Made by a program: the position numbers and the translations under genes. Source: Octopus sinensis (taxonomy: Eukaryota). From it: DNA of 20,168 bases. The notes below the pieces were generated by a model. The model ran no database searches. It saw only the letters and a program-made list of their open reading frames with translations, and was not told the DNA's origin. The DNA is taken from contig NW_021824025.1 of NCBI RefSeq assembly GCF_006345805.1, positions 1-20,168 of the forward strand, given 5' to 3'. Of the stretch, positions 19,681-20,168 are shown piece by piece. How positions within the stretch are numbered: position 1 is the stretch's first letter; each line of letters begins with the position of its first letter.

Positions 19681-20034
19681 AAAACCCTGGGTTTACTCAA
19701 AAATTTTTGAAAATTTTCCCCAAAAATTATTGAAAATTTTTTCTAAAATTTTTGGAAATTTTCCCCAAAAATTTTTGAAAGATATTTTGATAATTTTCCT
19801 CACAAATCTTTGATAAATTTTTTGGGAAAATTTTGAATTGAATTGTTTTACGTTTTCTTTTTGATGCGGCCCCCTTAAAAAAAACCCTGGGTTTACTCAA
19901 AAATTTTTGAAAATTTTCCCCAAAAATTATTGAAAATTTTTTCTAAAATTTTTGGAAATTTTCCCCAAAAATTTTTGAAAGATATTTTGATAATTTTCCT
20001 CACAAATTTTTGATAAATTTTTTGGGAAAATTTT
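19636..20034. repeat. Near-perfect tandem duplication, 199 + 200 bp, with internal ~22-bp A/T-tract subrepeats
   Basis: Units 19636-19834 and 19835-20034; I find two differences (A-run 7 vs 8; aaatctttg vs aaatttttg). Confidence 0.93.
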
Positions 20035-20168
20035 CAAAAACTTTCTACTGGTGGCTTCCAAACTATTTCAGACTGCCGCCCCCGCTTGGCACTGAGGCCA
20101 CATTCCAAGTGCACCCAGACTCACCACTTACCTCCATCACAAACACAGACCACTTCTTGCAACCGATT

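Overview
Repeat-saturated, AT-rich eukaryotic DNA with no intact host gene that I can support. The repeat families look like those of an octopus/coleoid cephalopod genome; this is inferred from recall, not searched. Almost all supplied ORFs are translations of microsatellites or SINEs. Three real coding remnants are recognisable, all from transposons: a Helitron RepHel helicase C-terminus (9118-9288, +), an RTE LINE C-terminus (14433-14640, -) and an L1/Tx1-type ORF2 C-terminus with 3' UTR (18266-18756, +). The window also holds three tRNA-headed SINE families (my labels A, B, C) in many nested, inverted or tandem copies, a two-module non-autonomous Helitron (8258-9723), a 435-bp MITE with 30-bp TIRs, an 8-bp TSD and internal TTAGGG repeats (6441-6875), two element types that sit inside (TAA)n arrays, and two tandem duplications (~206 bp x3, ~199 bp x2). 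The most interesting observation is that the last 42 nt of SINE subfamily B1 match the 3' end of the Tx1-like LINE in the same window (36/42, ungapped), suggesting a SINE/Tx1 partner pair. I see no evidence of a wholly new system such as CRISPR, a ribozyme or a novel protein family.
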